Part shown: piece by piece, positions 26,143 to 37,450 of the stretch
Layout: each line of letters begins with the position of its first letter
Position numbering within the stretch: the first letter of the stretch is position 1
IMG/VR virus record: IMGVR_UViG_3300025018_000091
DNA from: a virus
Lineage: Duplodnaviria > Caudoviricetes
Reading direction: 5' to 3' (one strand)
DNA: 64,000 nucleotides
Position numbers and translations under genes: made by a program
The notes under the pieces: generated by a model
What the model was told of the DNA's origin: nothing
The model's database searches: none
The model's input: the letters and a program-made list of their open reading frames with translations, nothing else

Positions 26143-26469
26143 TCAATCTCTTAATACTTTACAATAGCCACCACAGGGGCATTCCAAATCTACTTTATCT
26201 TCTTGTACCTTTTTAATATCATCCTCATCATCAAACTCCACAGATAATATAGTTTCACACTCTTCACATTTAAAAAGGAATTTTCGCATTTGAGTAAACA
26301 TAATCAAATGCTTATAGATTCGTAGTTCTTAATTTATAAGATATATTTATGGCTAAATAACGGTAAATATATTTACAGAAATGAAATTTCTTAACTTTAA
26401 TACTATAGCAAGGACATTAAGACTTATTGTGCTAGAGCTACATAATATGGCTGATATATTTACTGAACG

Positions 26470-27630
26470 TTAATCTTCTAAATATGAAGCTAAAAAGATC
26501 ATACCTAATACACACCAATCCATATTAGGGTTATTTAATAATTCTTTTACAGTATAAACTTCAATAAATGTTCTTTCTGTATCAGATTCTACACCATGAA
26601 CAATTCCCTTCTGAGACTTAAACCACTTCATTTCATCTTCAGTTAGTTCAACTGAATAAAAATATGATCTGTGTGATGATAGTGTTGCACATAGTTGACG
26701 AGACTGATGGAACTTAAGTCTATCTGGTTCTACTGCAAAACCTGTCTCTTCTAATACTTCTTCTGCTGCTACTACCTTTGGATGCTCTGTTTTCTTAGAA
26801 GATCCTCCGACTAACTCTCGAACAAATCCATCTTCAGATACTGATGGTGTTCTGAATTCTTTTACTATTATTAGTTCCGAATCCTCTAACTTATCTTCTC
26901 TCTTCCATAATAGAATAGAAGAAATGTCTGGTCTAGCCAGAACAAATTCATTTGTCTTATGACGGTCTTCGTCTTTAATATAAATATCCGCCTTTAAAAT
27001 CCACATAAATACAAAGCTTTTATGCCCCGGTCTAAATGAATATAAAACTTTAGCACCATCTAATCTGTTACCAGCTTTAGTCTGCGCATTATACCAAGAT
27101 TGAAATGAATCTAATTTCCAAATATACAGCGGAACAAAACGCTCACCACCAGCACGTTCCTCTCCCTTACCCAACATATCCATTGCATTAGTAAGAGTCT
27201 CAGTTAAAGAATCACCTATAGGAACATTATATTTCTCAGAATAATTCAATAGATATCTATTCTTTGGAGCATCTTCTGGGGCACCGAACACAATCTTTCC
27301 AGACTCACACCACATACCAAACTCAACATTTGTAGTAAATGCTGGCATTGTTTCTAAATCTCTTGGCACCCAGAATACAATACAATCTGCTATATTAAGA
27401 TGTTCTTCTTCCCACTCTATAATTTTTTCGTAATCAAAAGATTCATCAAACTTATTATCATTATTCTCTGGACAAAAAATAACACCATCATATCCCTTAT
27501 CACTTAAGATCTGTATTGCATCTTTTCGCCACGACTCTATATCTTGCCCAGATCTTACAGATGGTCCAGCCAAAAATATACTTTTATTAATTGTTTTTGG
27601 TAATTCATCATTATAATAAATGATTTGCAT
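26470..27630 (-). CDS. nucleoside 2-deoxyribosyltransferase-like / Nudix hydrolase fusion
   Basis: IFLAGPS..SWRKDA, IVFWVPR...TTNVEFG in N-half; ELVGGSS...AAEEVLEETG Nudix box in C-half. Confidence 0.8.
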   Translation of the reverse strand: MQIIYYNDELPKTINKSIFLAGPSVRSGQDIESWRKDAIQILSDKGYDGVIFCPENNDNKFDESFDYEKIIEWEEEHLNIADCIVFWVPRDLETMPAFTTNVEFGMWCESGKIVFGAPEDAPKNRYLLNYSEKYNVPIGDSLTETLTNAMDMLGKGEERAGGERFVPLYIWKLDSFQSWYNAQTKAGNRLDGAKVLYSFRPGHKSFVFMWILKADIYIKDEDRHKTNEFVLARPDISSILLWKREDKLEDSELIIVKEFRTPSVSEDGFVRELVGGSSKKTEHPKVVAAEEVLEETGFAVEPDRLKFHQSRQLCATLSSHRSYFYSVELTEDEMKWFKSQKGIVHGVESDTERTFIEVYTVKELLNNPNMDWCVLGMIFLASYLED

Positions 27631-27662
27631 AATTATCTCCTATGGAGGATATATAACATAGT

Positions 27663-28217
27663 ATGAGTATTTGTTCCAAATGTAATTTAGAAAAATCCTA
27701 TAATGATTTTTATGATCGAGGTGATGGTAAGAAAAAGAAAATATGTAAAGTGTGCGACAACAAAACCAAACATGATTACTATTTAAAACATAAAGAAGAA
27801 ATCAAAAATAAAACTCATATATGGTATCAGAAAAATAAGCACAAAAGAAAACTTGTAAACAAGCAATATCAAAAAACTGTTAAAGGAAGATTAGTTCAAT
27901 TGATGAGACAGGCTAAAAACAGAGCTTTAAAAAATAATTTGTTATATGATTTAGACATTAAATTTTTATTAGAACTTTGGAACAAACAAAACGGAAAATG
28001 TATTCTTACTGGAATTGATTTTATTTTAGAACGTAGCGAAATTTATAATTCTGAACCATTTGCTCCTTCAATAGATAAAATCAATCCTAAATTAGGATAC
28101 ACAAAAGATAATGTTCGTTTAGTTTGTGTTGCTATTAATTACGCTCTTAATGAATTTGGTGAAGATATTTTTAAACAAATATGTAAAGCCTATTTACGAA
28201 ATAAATATATTATCTAA
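27663..28217 (+). CDS. HNH-like homing endonuclease
   Basis: CSKC, GKCILTG, PSIDKINPKLGYTKDNVRLVC..IN. Confidence 0.82.
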   Translation: MSICSKCNLEKSYNDFYDRGDGKKKKICKVCDNKTKHDYYLKHKEEIKNKTHIWYQKNKHKRKLVNKQYQKTVKGRLVQLMRQAKNRALKNNLLYDLDIKFLLELWNKQNGKCILTGIDFILERSEIYNSEPFAPSIDKINPKLGYTKDNVRLVCVAINYALNEFGEDIFKQICKAYLRNKYII

Positions 28218-28486
28218 TAAATCATCATCTTCAGCGCAGTTTATACCGTACTTAGTTAAGGTATAACCTCTCTGAGAAAATCTCTCTACAAAATCTTTTT
28301 GCTGTAAATAAGAAATTATACTATCTATTACACTTATTTTATCTTCGTCTTCAGATATTTCTATTGGAATACTTTCGATATATTCTTTATCGAATCCAAA
28401 AAAATCTGGTCTATTATCTTCTTCATATTCCTTATAAATATGCTTGATAACAATTTTACAATTATCATTCAATTTACAATTTTTCA

Positions 28487-29386
28487 TTATATTATCCTTA
28501 AACAATTGGGGCTAAACCATATTCTTTCTTTAGCCCTATTAGATTTACCTCTATCATTTCCTAGGTTAGCTAAACCACCATTGGTCTGCCACGAATGAAC
28601 CTTCCATGTATCTGGAATACGATGGTCTCCATCATATCCACACAATACAATTCGAAGGCGAGGGTTGTTTCCATTGTCTATTGCCCACTTACATACTTCA
28701 TTAAAGATATTTCCGTCTTCATTGTAGACTTGATCTCGTTTATTTAAATCGTATGGAGGATCTAAAAACACTCCAGTGATATCCTTTGGTCCTAATCCTT
28801 TATTGCCATACGTAACTGACGGAGTAACTACTCTAGACCAGTCACCACAGCATACTCTAACCCTTCTAGTACGTTTTTGTAGCTTCGTAAACCAATCTAA
28901 TATATTGTTTGATAGACCATGTATCCCACCACCAGCAGAGGATAGTAGGGGCGCGGAATTTAACCCCTTAGAATTTAGCCAATTATTTCCAATTGATGCT
29001 CCCATGCCCCAAACCCAGTATCCAGCAATCTTTGAATCAAAAAAATCAGGATTCATATCTAATTTAGTTTTGAATTCCTCAGTCGCAGCAGATAGTAACC
29101 ATCTCTGTCGAGCATGCAAATCAGTTTCATTTACAGGATAATCAGCATATTTAACTACACTGTGAGGATCATTTGATACTGCTCTCCAGAAATTACATAT
29201 AAAACAATCTTTATCATTAACTGTTTCTATTTTAGAAATTTGTGGGTTGGCTAATAATACGGCTAAAGATCCTGCAAATGGTTCAACATAATTAGATACG
29301 TCGCCCAGTCCTGACCAAATTATCTTTGCTACACGCCTTTTACCACCAAAGTATGGATAAGGGGATTTTATATCTGATGTATTCAT
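28487..29386 (-). CDS. DNA adenine methyltransferase (Dam/D12 class)
   Basis: PYPYFGGK, YVEPFAGS, ETVND, VFLDPPY. Confidence 0.88.
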   Translation of the reverse strand: MNTSDIKSPYPYFGGKRRVAKIIWSGLGDVSNYVEPFAGSLAVLLANPQISKIETVNDKDCFICNFWRAVSNDPHSVVKYADYPVNETDLHARQRWLLSAATEEFKTKLDMNPDFFDSKIAGYWVWGMGASIGNNWLNSKGLNSAPLLSSAGGGIHGLSNNILDWFTKLQKRTRRVRVCCGDWSRVVTPSVTYGNKGLGPKDITGVFLDPPYDLNKRDQVYNEDGNIFNEVCKWAIDNGNNPRLRIVLCGYDGDHRIPDTWKVHSWQTNGGLANLGNDRGKSNRAKERIWFSPNCLRII

Positions 29387-29450
29387 AAAAGCGTATATAT
29401 CTTATAGTAATAATATCGAATACTTTCGAAATAATTTCAAGGTAAAGTAT

Positions 29451-31586
29451 ATGATCTGGCTAACCAAACTACTAAAGAATATTGATGGCTTCTACACTAA
29501 AGCTACTGGTGATGTAAATCTTGCCGAAACCCGCGAGCAGATGAAGGCAAGATTACGTGAAGAGGCTTTAAGAGAAAGAGAGTTAGAAAAAGAGCAAGAA
29601 TTAAAACAGCAAGAAACATTTGAAATCCAAGAGCAAAAACAAAATGATGCAGAATCTGTTGGAAGAAAAGCATTACAAAAATTAAATTCAATAAATATAC
29701 CAGATCCGCTTCATGAAGATTTTAATCATTTTATGAGAGTATATACTGAGATATTTACTTTGGTTAATGATCTAAAACCAAATATGGTAAGTGAAAAATT
29801 AAATGAAGCTTATCAAGCTGCGTCTAATATAAAAAATGAAACTACATCTTATGAAGATGATATTAAAACATTTGAAGAAAAAGCTACTAAATTAGCTCAA
29901 TTCGCCAAGCATCATATAGTTTTAGCAGTTGATAGATTATTAAATAATCCTTATTTAAGAAAAAGTAAAACGGCAGAAGATGCCGCTAAAGAGTTGTCTG
30001 GACAAGAAGATCCTACATCCCCAATGTGGCAAGATTATAATGTTAGTGCATTAGAATTTGTTGAATTGATTGATGCTCTTGGTGAGGATGCACAAGAAAC
30101 AGCTATATATGCTTTAGGAGGAATAGAACAAATTGTAACATTAGTTCAAGCTGATTTCAAAGAGGATGAGGATAGGCGTACAAATATGGAGGGTGAGGGA
30201 CTTGGTGAAGCAATTCAACAAGGATTCCGCCCAATGCAAGATAAGCAACAGGCTGTAAACAGGGCAGTTAGCACGTTTAAAGCAAACTGTAGAGAAGCCT
30301 TAAGATTTGAAAAAAATAATAATTTTCACGAACATATTGCATCTGCCAGAATATGGGCGGCTCAACGTAAAAGATACGAAGAAGCATTAAAAGCAGACCC
30401 AGTAAGACACGCAAAACAATTAGAAAAAAATAGAAAAAATTCTGCTCGTTATAGAGAGCGAATGGTTATAATTGGTGGTATCAAAGAGGCTTGGGATACA
30501 GCTACTACACCAACTGATAGAAACAAAGTATTTAGCGAACTGAAAAGCTTTTATAGAAATAAACTCTATACTAGAGGACTCGATGGAGAAGCTCTTAGAG
30601 CAGCTGAAGCTATGTTACCTCCACCAGAAGAATTGTTAAAGAAAAGTTTTAATGAACTTGATAAGTATAATAAATCATTAGTAAAAACTAAAGAAAAAAT
30701 AAATATAAGGAATAGAGAAAGTAAAACTAATCGTGGAATAGTAGATTTAGCTACAATAGTATTTGGTCAAAAAATTAATAGCAGACCCAGTGACATGAAA
30801 AGAACTAAACAAACTAAAGAATTATTTAGAGCTAAATTAGCATCGTATGAAAATACACAATTAGTAAAATACAATCGTGATATAGAATTAGCTCACGAAA
30901 AGATAATGAATGCCACAAATACTATGGATAAAGTTAAAGCAGAAATGGAATTAAATAATGCTAAAGCTAATCTTGCTAAAGCTGAATCTGCTATTAAAGA
31001 TCAATTAGACCCAGTTGAAAAAGTAAGATACCATGTGAAAAAATTAAAAGAAATACAAAAGATGGTTAAGGAACTAATCAAGATGGGTATCATAGATAAT
31101 AATGGATTAGTACAGCCAGAAAGAGCCCCATTAGTTAAAATAGTTGTTGATCAAGGATATCAATTATTAAGTGAATATCCATTTCAAGATATGGTAGAGG
31201 CAACAGTAGGTAAAGAATTACTTGATAAACTATCCCAATTAATTTCTGATAATCCAGAAGAAACTCAGGAAGAAACTCAAGAATATAATATTGAAGAATT
31301 AACTCCACCCGATATAGATCTCACTGAGAAACTTTCAGTTCTAAAGACAGGACCTATTATGAATAAGAAATCTCGTAAAAAATTATTACAAAAAATTGAA
31401 AAACAAGCTCTGCAAAAGACATCTATTCAGACTATATTGGATAGAGCGGCTCCTGTTGATATGAATCTGCCCAGCAAAGAATATGCTAGACAAGTATTTC
31501 GTTCTATAACTAATGCTGTTGCAGATACTATTGATGATGATTTTGATAGATTAATCGCAGAATTAGAAGCTGAAGATCAGCAATAA
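29451..31586 (+). CDS. large alpha-helical/coiled-coil hypothetical protein
   Basis: 711-aa Glu/Lys-rich ORF, no recognisable motif. Confidence 0.7.
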   Translation: MIWLTKLLKNIDGFYTKATGDVNLAETREQMKARLREEALRERELEKEQELKQQETFEIQEQKQNDAESVGRKALQKLNSINIPDPLHEDFNHFMRVYTEIFTLVNDLKPNMVSEKLNEAYQAASNIKNETTSYEDDIKTFEEKATKLAQFAKHHIVLAVDRLLNNPYLRKSKTAEDAAKELSGQEDPTSPMWQDYNVSALEFVELIDALGEDAQETAIYALGGIEQIVTLVQADFKEDEDRRTNMEGEGLGEAIQQGFRPMQDKQQAVNRAVSTFKANCREALRFEKNNNFHEHIASARIWAAQRKRYEEALKADPVRHAKQLEKNRKNSARYRERMVIIGGIKEAWDTATTPTDRNKVFSELKSFYRNKLYTRGLDGEALRAAEAMLPPPEELLKKSFNELDKYNKSLVKTKEKINIRNRESKTNRGIVDLATIVFGQKINSRPSDMKRTKQTKELFRAKLASYENTQLVKYNRDIELAHEKIMNATNTMDKVKAEMELNNAKANLAKAESAIKDQLDPVEKVRYHVKKLKEIQKMVKELIKMGIIDNNGLVQPERAPLVKIVVDQGYQLLSEYPFQDMVEATVGKELLDKLSQLISDNPEETQEETQEYNIEELTPPDIDLTEKLSVLKTGPIMNKKSRKKLLQKIEKQALQKTSIQTILDRAAPVDMNLPSKEYARQVFRSITNAVADTIDDDFDRLIAELEAEDQQ

Positions 31587-32194
31587 TCTTTAAGATAATC
31601 AATTAGATGTTGAGTTACATTTTCAATTGATTTAAAGATATATACTGTATTTTTGGAACCCAAAACTTTCATTGAATCAGATTTCTCACCAGGAATCTTA
31701 AAGTTATATTCTAACCATCTAGATTTCGGCAACATGCTGGCTGATGATAACCAGAAGCAATAGTCTCTCATAACTGAGATACCAATTGATTCATAATCTT
31801 GAACATCAGAGTTCCCGTCAGTTCTATTAAGAAATACAACTACATCGGTATTATAATCAAATAGTCTACAGAAATCTCTTGGATTAAAGATTCCATCTAT
31901 AATCCAATTGTATCTTAAGCCATTTAATTTCTCTATAGAAGAGATAGATGCATAAACATTATTTGTAATGATATCTGGATTATCTTTTAATCTATTTGTA
32001 ACATATAAATGATATTCTTCTTCAAATTGATTATCAGTTTCATTTAAAAGTTTCTCTCTAAATGTATGTCTTATCCAATCAACTGCACTAATATGAAAAA
32101 ACTCTTGTCCCTTTGCGGTTGAAAAACACTGAACTAACTGTCTTGATACAGTAGTCTTTCCTGATTTTGGTAGTCCAACAATAAAAATTTTCAT
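31577..32194 (-). CDS. P-loop nucleotide kinase-like protein
   Basis: IFIVGLPKSGKTT Walker A, WIIDG. Confidence 0.65.
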   Translation of the reverse strand: MKIFIVGLPKSGKTTVSRQLVQCFSTAKGQEFFHISAVDWIRHTFREKLLNETDNQFEEEYHLYVTNRLKDNPDIITNNVYASISSIEKLNGLRYNWIIDGIFNPRDFCRLFDYNTDVVVFLNRTDGNSDVQDYESIGISVMRDYCFWLSSASMLPKSRWLEYNFKIPGEKSDSMKVLGSKNTVYIFKSIENVTQHLIDYLKDYC

Positions 32195-33503
32195 AGCATT
32201 ACTACTTTAATTTTAGCCGTTTCAAGTTTAAGTCTCTCAACTAATTGCCATTCAGTAATAGAATTTCCCTTTTTACGAAATGAGTTTTCTATTTCTACAG
32301 AAAGCAGCTCTTTCGCTAACTGATAAGATTGTTCTACTGTGTCTTGAAGAAACTGAGAATACCATTTCTCTCCCTTAAATTGTTCTGGAGACTCAATAAT
32401 ATATAACTGTTCATCACCCCTACACTCCCAAGGAGTCGGAATAACTTTAGTTACTTCACATTCATATATTATTGATTGATGGTATACAAACTTTCTCATC
32501 TTAAATAACTATATTTTTCTCGCAAGTCTTCAAAATAAGATTTGCGTATAATGTATTGTTCTTTCTCTGCCCATTCTAAATATTCATCTACATCTTTAAG
32601 AAATTGTCTTATATCATTTTCCCACTCAGCAAAACGCTTTATATAATTCTCTTTTGATTTCTTATAAGAAATATACTCTAAATCATATTTTTCATTAGGC
32701 TCAATAGATATATAATATACCACAATAGATGAGCCACACTCACTACCATTATCCCAACCCTTATTAGCAATCCTTAAATATTCTCTACCAATATGGGATG
32801 GTAACTTACTAGCTAAATCATCAATTGTATATTCATGAGCATATTCTAAATTAATATAATTCTTTACTACAAAGAAATCTTTGGGAGGTATAGGTTCTGT
32901 TGGTGGATATGGAAAACTAGGTTCAGTCATTATCATTTTTAACATTACCAATCTCCATAAACATAATGTGCAGTTGAAACATATGCAATACCATTGAACC
33001 CACACCCTTTAGGGCAAGGTCCATAAAGCCTAGGAAACCTCCTACGAATTTCTGTCGTAGAAAGATTTATAGCTTCTTCTAAATTAAACTTAAGACCATG
33101 ATCACATTTAGTAATTTGCTCTTTGTTCTTTTTATTCATGTATTCAACTAAATCAATAACCTCTCCCATATTAGCTCCAATTAATATCTTTTAAGATTAC
33201 GTTCTCTTTTAGCTACTTCTCTCTTTAACATTTCGCCTTTCTTCTGAAATTTTCTCTTGGCGCTTTCGTTCATCATAAACTTCTTTAGACATTAGGTAAC
33301 CAATATTTAATTCAGTATGCCCTCTGCTTTCTTGTCCGCCATCATCAGAAGGTATATAATGTGAAGTTAAAACAACATCCTCTAAAGGAATATCTTTAGG
33401 AAGCTTTTCTTTCAAGAAATCTAATAGAGGTAAACATTCATTACTTCCAACATAACAATATAATTCGATTAGTTTTTTATTATATGGCACTTTCATTTGA
33501 CAC

Positions 33504-34442
33504 CTAGTATTTTATACAATTAAACGTGGCTATATATTTAGCCCAAGACTTACTATTTATAATGGATTCAAATTCCATCTTTGCAAATTCTTCTTTGAGG
33601 GAAGAAAAATCTTTAACTCCCTCAGTAATAATTATATCTTCTATTGGAACTGTTCTAAACTCAATTAACTGACGATTGATATTAAAATTGGCTCTATTTT
33701 CTTCAATAGATAAAAGCTTACGTAATACTTCAGGATCACGCATAGCCGCTTCTACCTTTTTAGGAGTCAATACTTTAGGAATATTATCTGCCTTATCTCC
33801 AGCCAAACTCTTCCAAGCAACATATGGATATGTTGGTGGTTGCATAAACTCTTTTTTAATCGGATTATACACATGACAATTTTTATATCCACGTTGTAAG
33901 AGTTGTATGTAATCAGAATCATTACTTAAAACAGTTATATCTTCGTCCTTCATATTCTCGCACAATGTAGCTATTACATCATCAGCTTCATAAGCCTCAG
34001 CTTTACAGATTGTAATTGGTAAGTACTGCATAAGTCTAACAATTTCATCTTTATTTTTAAAGATTCTATCTCTAGAACTTTTCTTACTTGCAGTTTTTAC
34101 AATACGATTTGCTTTATATTCTGAATATAAATCATATCTAAATTGAGGATGCCCCTCTAAAACAAAGAAGCATTTATCTGGAGAAAATATTTCAATTATA
34201 GGTCTAAGGTTTCTGAAAAAATTATAGATAAGAACATAATCTTCATTTGGAGTTTCCTCACACCTATCTTCTACCATGAACCAGGCACCACCACATTCAC
34301 AATGAGGATGACCTAATTGGTGCAAAGTTATATAGGCATCACAGTCCATGCATAACTTATGCTTAGGATCTTTTTTTGGTCCAAAACCAACGCTAGCTCT
34401 CCAGATAGCATTCATGGCATCTATAAACAGAACTTTATCCAT
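33504..34442 (-). CDS. 5'-3' exonuclease / flap endonuclease (T4 RNase H-like)
   Basis: LFIDAMN, YKANR, EADDVIATL, SNDSDYIQLL, LAGDKADNIP. Confidence 0.92.
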   Translation of the reverse strand: MDKVLFIDAMNAIWRASVGFGPKKDPKHKLCMDCDAYITLHQLGHPHCECGGAWFMVEDRCEETPNEDYVLIYNFFRNLRPIIEIFSPDKCFFVLEGHPQFRYDLYSEYKANRIVKTASKKSSRDRIFKNKDEIVRLMQYLPITICKAEAYEADDVIATLCENMKDEDITVLSNDSDYIQLLQRGYKNCHVYNPIKKEFMQPPTYPYVAWKSLAGDKADNIPKVLTPKKVEAAMRDPEVLRKLLSIEENRANFNINRQLIEFRTVPIEDIIITEGVKDFSSLKEEFAKMEFESIINSKSWAKYIATFNCIKY

Positions 34443-34460
34443 TTTTAATACAATACTCGC

Positions 34461-35009
34461 TCACTTCAATTTAAAAGAATCTGCAATGGTCTGGCAATCC
34501 TCTGGCGGTATACCGACATCATTAGGTTCTCCACCGCAATTTAAGGAATAACCAAACCCATCTTTAGCTGTAAGCCAAGTATCCACAACCAAGCCATGGT
34601 CCTTGGTCCTAACATAAACAAACGCTTCTTCATCAAGAGAAACTGTTGCAGTGATAAGTACCTTGGCTCCCTGTCCCCTTAAACCTCTGATAGTCTCAAT
34701 AGCAAACTGATCAAATGAATCTATATATGTTTCTTTACTAAGAAGTAAAAATCCATTAGTAGTTTCATTATCTGCAAGTAAAGCCACTGTATCACTACCA
34801 TTCAATGGAGTTTGCTCTGTCCATCCAACTGGCAATACAAGCTGCCAATTATCCCTAGTAACAACCATATCAGTTTCCTCTACAACATCATCACATACAA
34901 GCACATCAGGTGTTGCGTCAACACCTGCTTCAACAAAGGAATTAGTATTAGTTGGGCATCCAATTAAGTTAAATGATAAGAATGGTAAAAGTAATAGTAT
35001 TTTTTTCAT
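34461..35009 (-). CDS. putative lipoprotein (PsbP/DcrB-like fold)
   Basis: Signal peptide LIGC lipobox-like, VEAGVDATPD linker, WQLVLPVGW. Confidence 0.5.
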   Translation of the reverse strand: MKKILLLLPFLSFNLIGCPTNTNSFVEAGVDATPDVLVCDDVVEETDMVVTRDNWQLVLPVGWTEQTPLNGSDTVALLADNETTNGFLLLSKETYIDSFDQFAIETIRGLRGQGAKVLITATVSLDEEAFVYVRTKDHGLVVDTWLTAKDGFGYSLNCGGEPNDVGIPPEDCQTIADSFKLK

Positions 35010-35086
35010 ATTGAACCTTATATTAAAATTAAAGAAAACGGGATAGGCTTGTACAACCTATCCCGTCATATCTATAATATCCTCTA

Positions 35087-35455
35087 TTATTCAGAATCTT
35101 CAGAGTCTAAAGAACCAGCAGATGCGACTTTAGCTTCAATTTGAGCTTTAAGATCATTCTTGATAGAAGTTTTAACTACCTTTGCTGCATCTCTTTTTTG
35201 TTTATCAGATGCTCTCATAATGCCGCCATGGGCTCCACGAGTAACATACCAATCAGGATGTTTGCGAACATAGTAACGTACAATAGGATCTGCTTCGCGC
35301 ATTTGCTTATCATCCCAATTCAACTTAACCGCCATCATACCCAGCAGTGCCGGGAATTGCAGATTACCTTCATTGGTCCAATTATTCAATACCGAATCGG
35401 TTGCGGTAAAAATACTGGTTAAATCGTCTAGTATATTTTTGATTGTATCACTCAT
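35087..35455 (-). CDS. winged-helix-like protein (VTRGxxGG family, copy 2)
   Basis: WYVTRGAHGGIMR; N-terminus MSDTIKNILDDL parallels 408-752. Confidence 0.5.
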   Translation of the reverse strand: MSDTIKNILDDLTSIFTATDSVLNNWTNEGNLQFPALLGMMAVKLNWDDKQMREADPIVRYYVRKHPDWYVTRGAHGGIMRASDKQKRDAAKVVKTSIKNDLKAQIEAKVASAGSLDSEDSE

Positions 35456-36409
35456 TTTTTATAACTCCATTGTCCTTTATTAAATCTCTAAGTCTATGGG
35501 AAAAGACAATGTAAGCATATACTGTCACAGCAACTATAACAGATAGTATTAGCGCCAAGTGTCTCTCTAAACCATAGAATAATAGCTGGTAGAATACTGT
35601 GTGTGAAACCACAGAAGATATAAAGATATCTACTAATACATTAATTATTATTGCTGGTAAGACTAATAAGAGTTTAGCAGATACCTTACTCATCAGTATG
35701 AGACCTTGCTTGCGAAACGTCCACGTTGATCACGGTAATATACTCGACCAGGCTTTTGAGTATATACCTTCTTTGCTACGGAAGACTTTGCCTTAGCTTG
35801 CACCGGCAACTTACTATTTTCCATAGCATAAACTTCACCCAACGCAAATACCATTGTAGTAGAATTGCGAACTAACTCATTGGCTGCGGCAAGAAAATCA
35901 CCCTTACCATCAAGATTCTCTTGAACCCTCTTAGCTAAGACTTCAATCTGTGCTGCAAGTTGCTTGACATCATTACGTGTTGACGAACTCATTTTATTCT
36001 CCTGTTTTTCTTATCGGAATCTACTGTAATTTTAATCACTAATTTTTGAAGCGCAAGTCCCCTATAATTTTTTTAATTTCTCATGCCGCCACCGTTACCA
36101 GGGCTTCCAAATTTAGATTTCAAAATAGAGTTTATTTGGTCCATAGGATCATTCTCTTCTGATCCCTGTAAAGCAAACTTCATAATCTTACTTAAATCGC
36201 CAACCAATAAAGAAGATTCATTGGATATACCATAAAGCAATCCAGCCGCTTTAGAAAGATCAATTATAAACTTTCTATATTCTTGACCATCTTTATCTTC
36301 AGATAGCTTATCTCTGGCTACATAAGACTCGTCTAATTGTTTCTCTAATTCAGAAACAAGATCCTTTAAAAGGGATAAATCAGCTTTGATATCTTTTCTT
36401 GACATATGT

Positions 36410-37009
36410 TTACTCTCCAATCATTACTCTATCAAAATCTATTAATTTGAAATTATCATTAATATTTTTCATTATATTTCTAGGATGCAAATCCATGTGA
36501 TAAAAATTAGACTCTTTCAATACTCTATAAAATCTAAATACTTTATTGTAATCAAAATCTAATCCTCTTTGCATACCACGCAGCATATCTGTTGCTGAAG
36601 CTAAAGAATAATTCTTCTTTACATTTCTATCTTCATGAGAAAGAAGACTGTAAAATACTTTCTTTTCATCTTCAGTAATCTTATACAACTTTTCCATTAC
36701 ATAATAGTAAAGAATATAATGTCGTTCTCCAATGTAAGCCCTCTCAGTACCACAGCCAATATACTTATGATCATATACACACGCACACATGGGATAATTT
36801 CCGCGCTTTATATCTTCTAGAACAGAATATATTTGATTATACTTAGGGTTTTCTATAACTAAGTTATCATATAATACACTGATTTTTATTACACGGTCAT
36901 CATAATCTACTAAGTCAAAAACTTGACCATCAGCACCATATCCAATTTCATTACCAAGATTATACTTTAAATCAAAATTATTAGATTGTACTAGTCTTAG
37001 CGCTTGCAT
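36410..37009 (-). CDS. protein kinase-like protein
   Basis: IGYGADGQVF, VIK, HMDLHPRNIM, LIDFD. Confidence 0.8.
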   Translation of the reverse strand: MQALRLVQSNNFDLKYNLGNEIGYGADGQVFDLVDYDDRVIKISVLYDNLVIENPKYNQIYSVLEDIKRGNYPMCACVYDHKYIGCGTERAYIGERHYILYYYVMEKLYKITEDEKKVFYSLLSHEDRNVKKNYSLASATDMLRGMQRGLDFDYNKVFRFYRVLKESNFYHMDLHPRNIMKNINDNFKLIDFDRVMIGE

Positions 37010-37291
37010 ATTATAATCTTTATGAATTTGCTTGAATGTTCTGTTCCACTTCCCAATCTTTTAGCTTTCGATTGAAAACAATTTCCCAAGCAGAAATGGC
37101 TGTGTATATATCTGGTTTATTATCACCAAAATAACAATACTTAGCGCCATATATTGCGTTATGTTCTTCTCCATTAATTTCAACAACAGTACTAATACCC
37201 CCGTCTGCTTCAATAGACAAGACATTAACTTCATGTCCCATTACATGGAACGTAATAAAATCTGAAAAATCTTCCATATAATCTCCAATTA

Positions 37292-37409
37292 TTGTGGGGC
37301 AGGTGAGATTCGAACTCACAATCATTACTAGTGTACTCAGTAATGATAGGCGTTTAAAAGTCGTACACTACTCTTAAATCGCCCGCGTATTCCATTCCGC
37401 CACCGCCCC
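37292..37409 (-). ncRNA. tRNA-Leu(UAA)-derived RNA with extended anticodon and variable arms
   Basis: GGGGCGG-UGGCGGAAUGGAAUACGCG Leu D arm, canonical T arm; UAA buried in a 9-bp stem. Confidence 0.7.
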
Positions 37410-37450
37410 ATACATTAAAGATGCTAATTAATTAGCATCTTTAATTCTAA

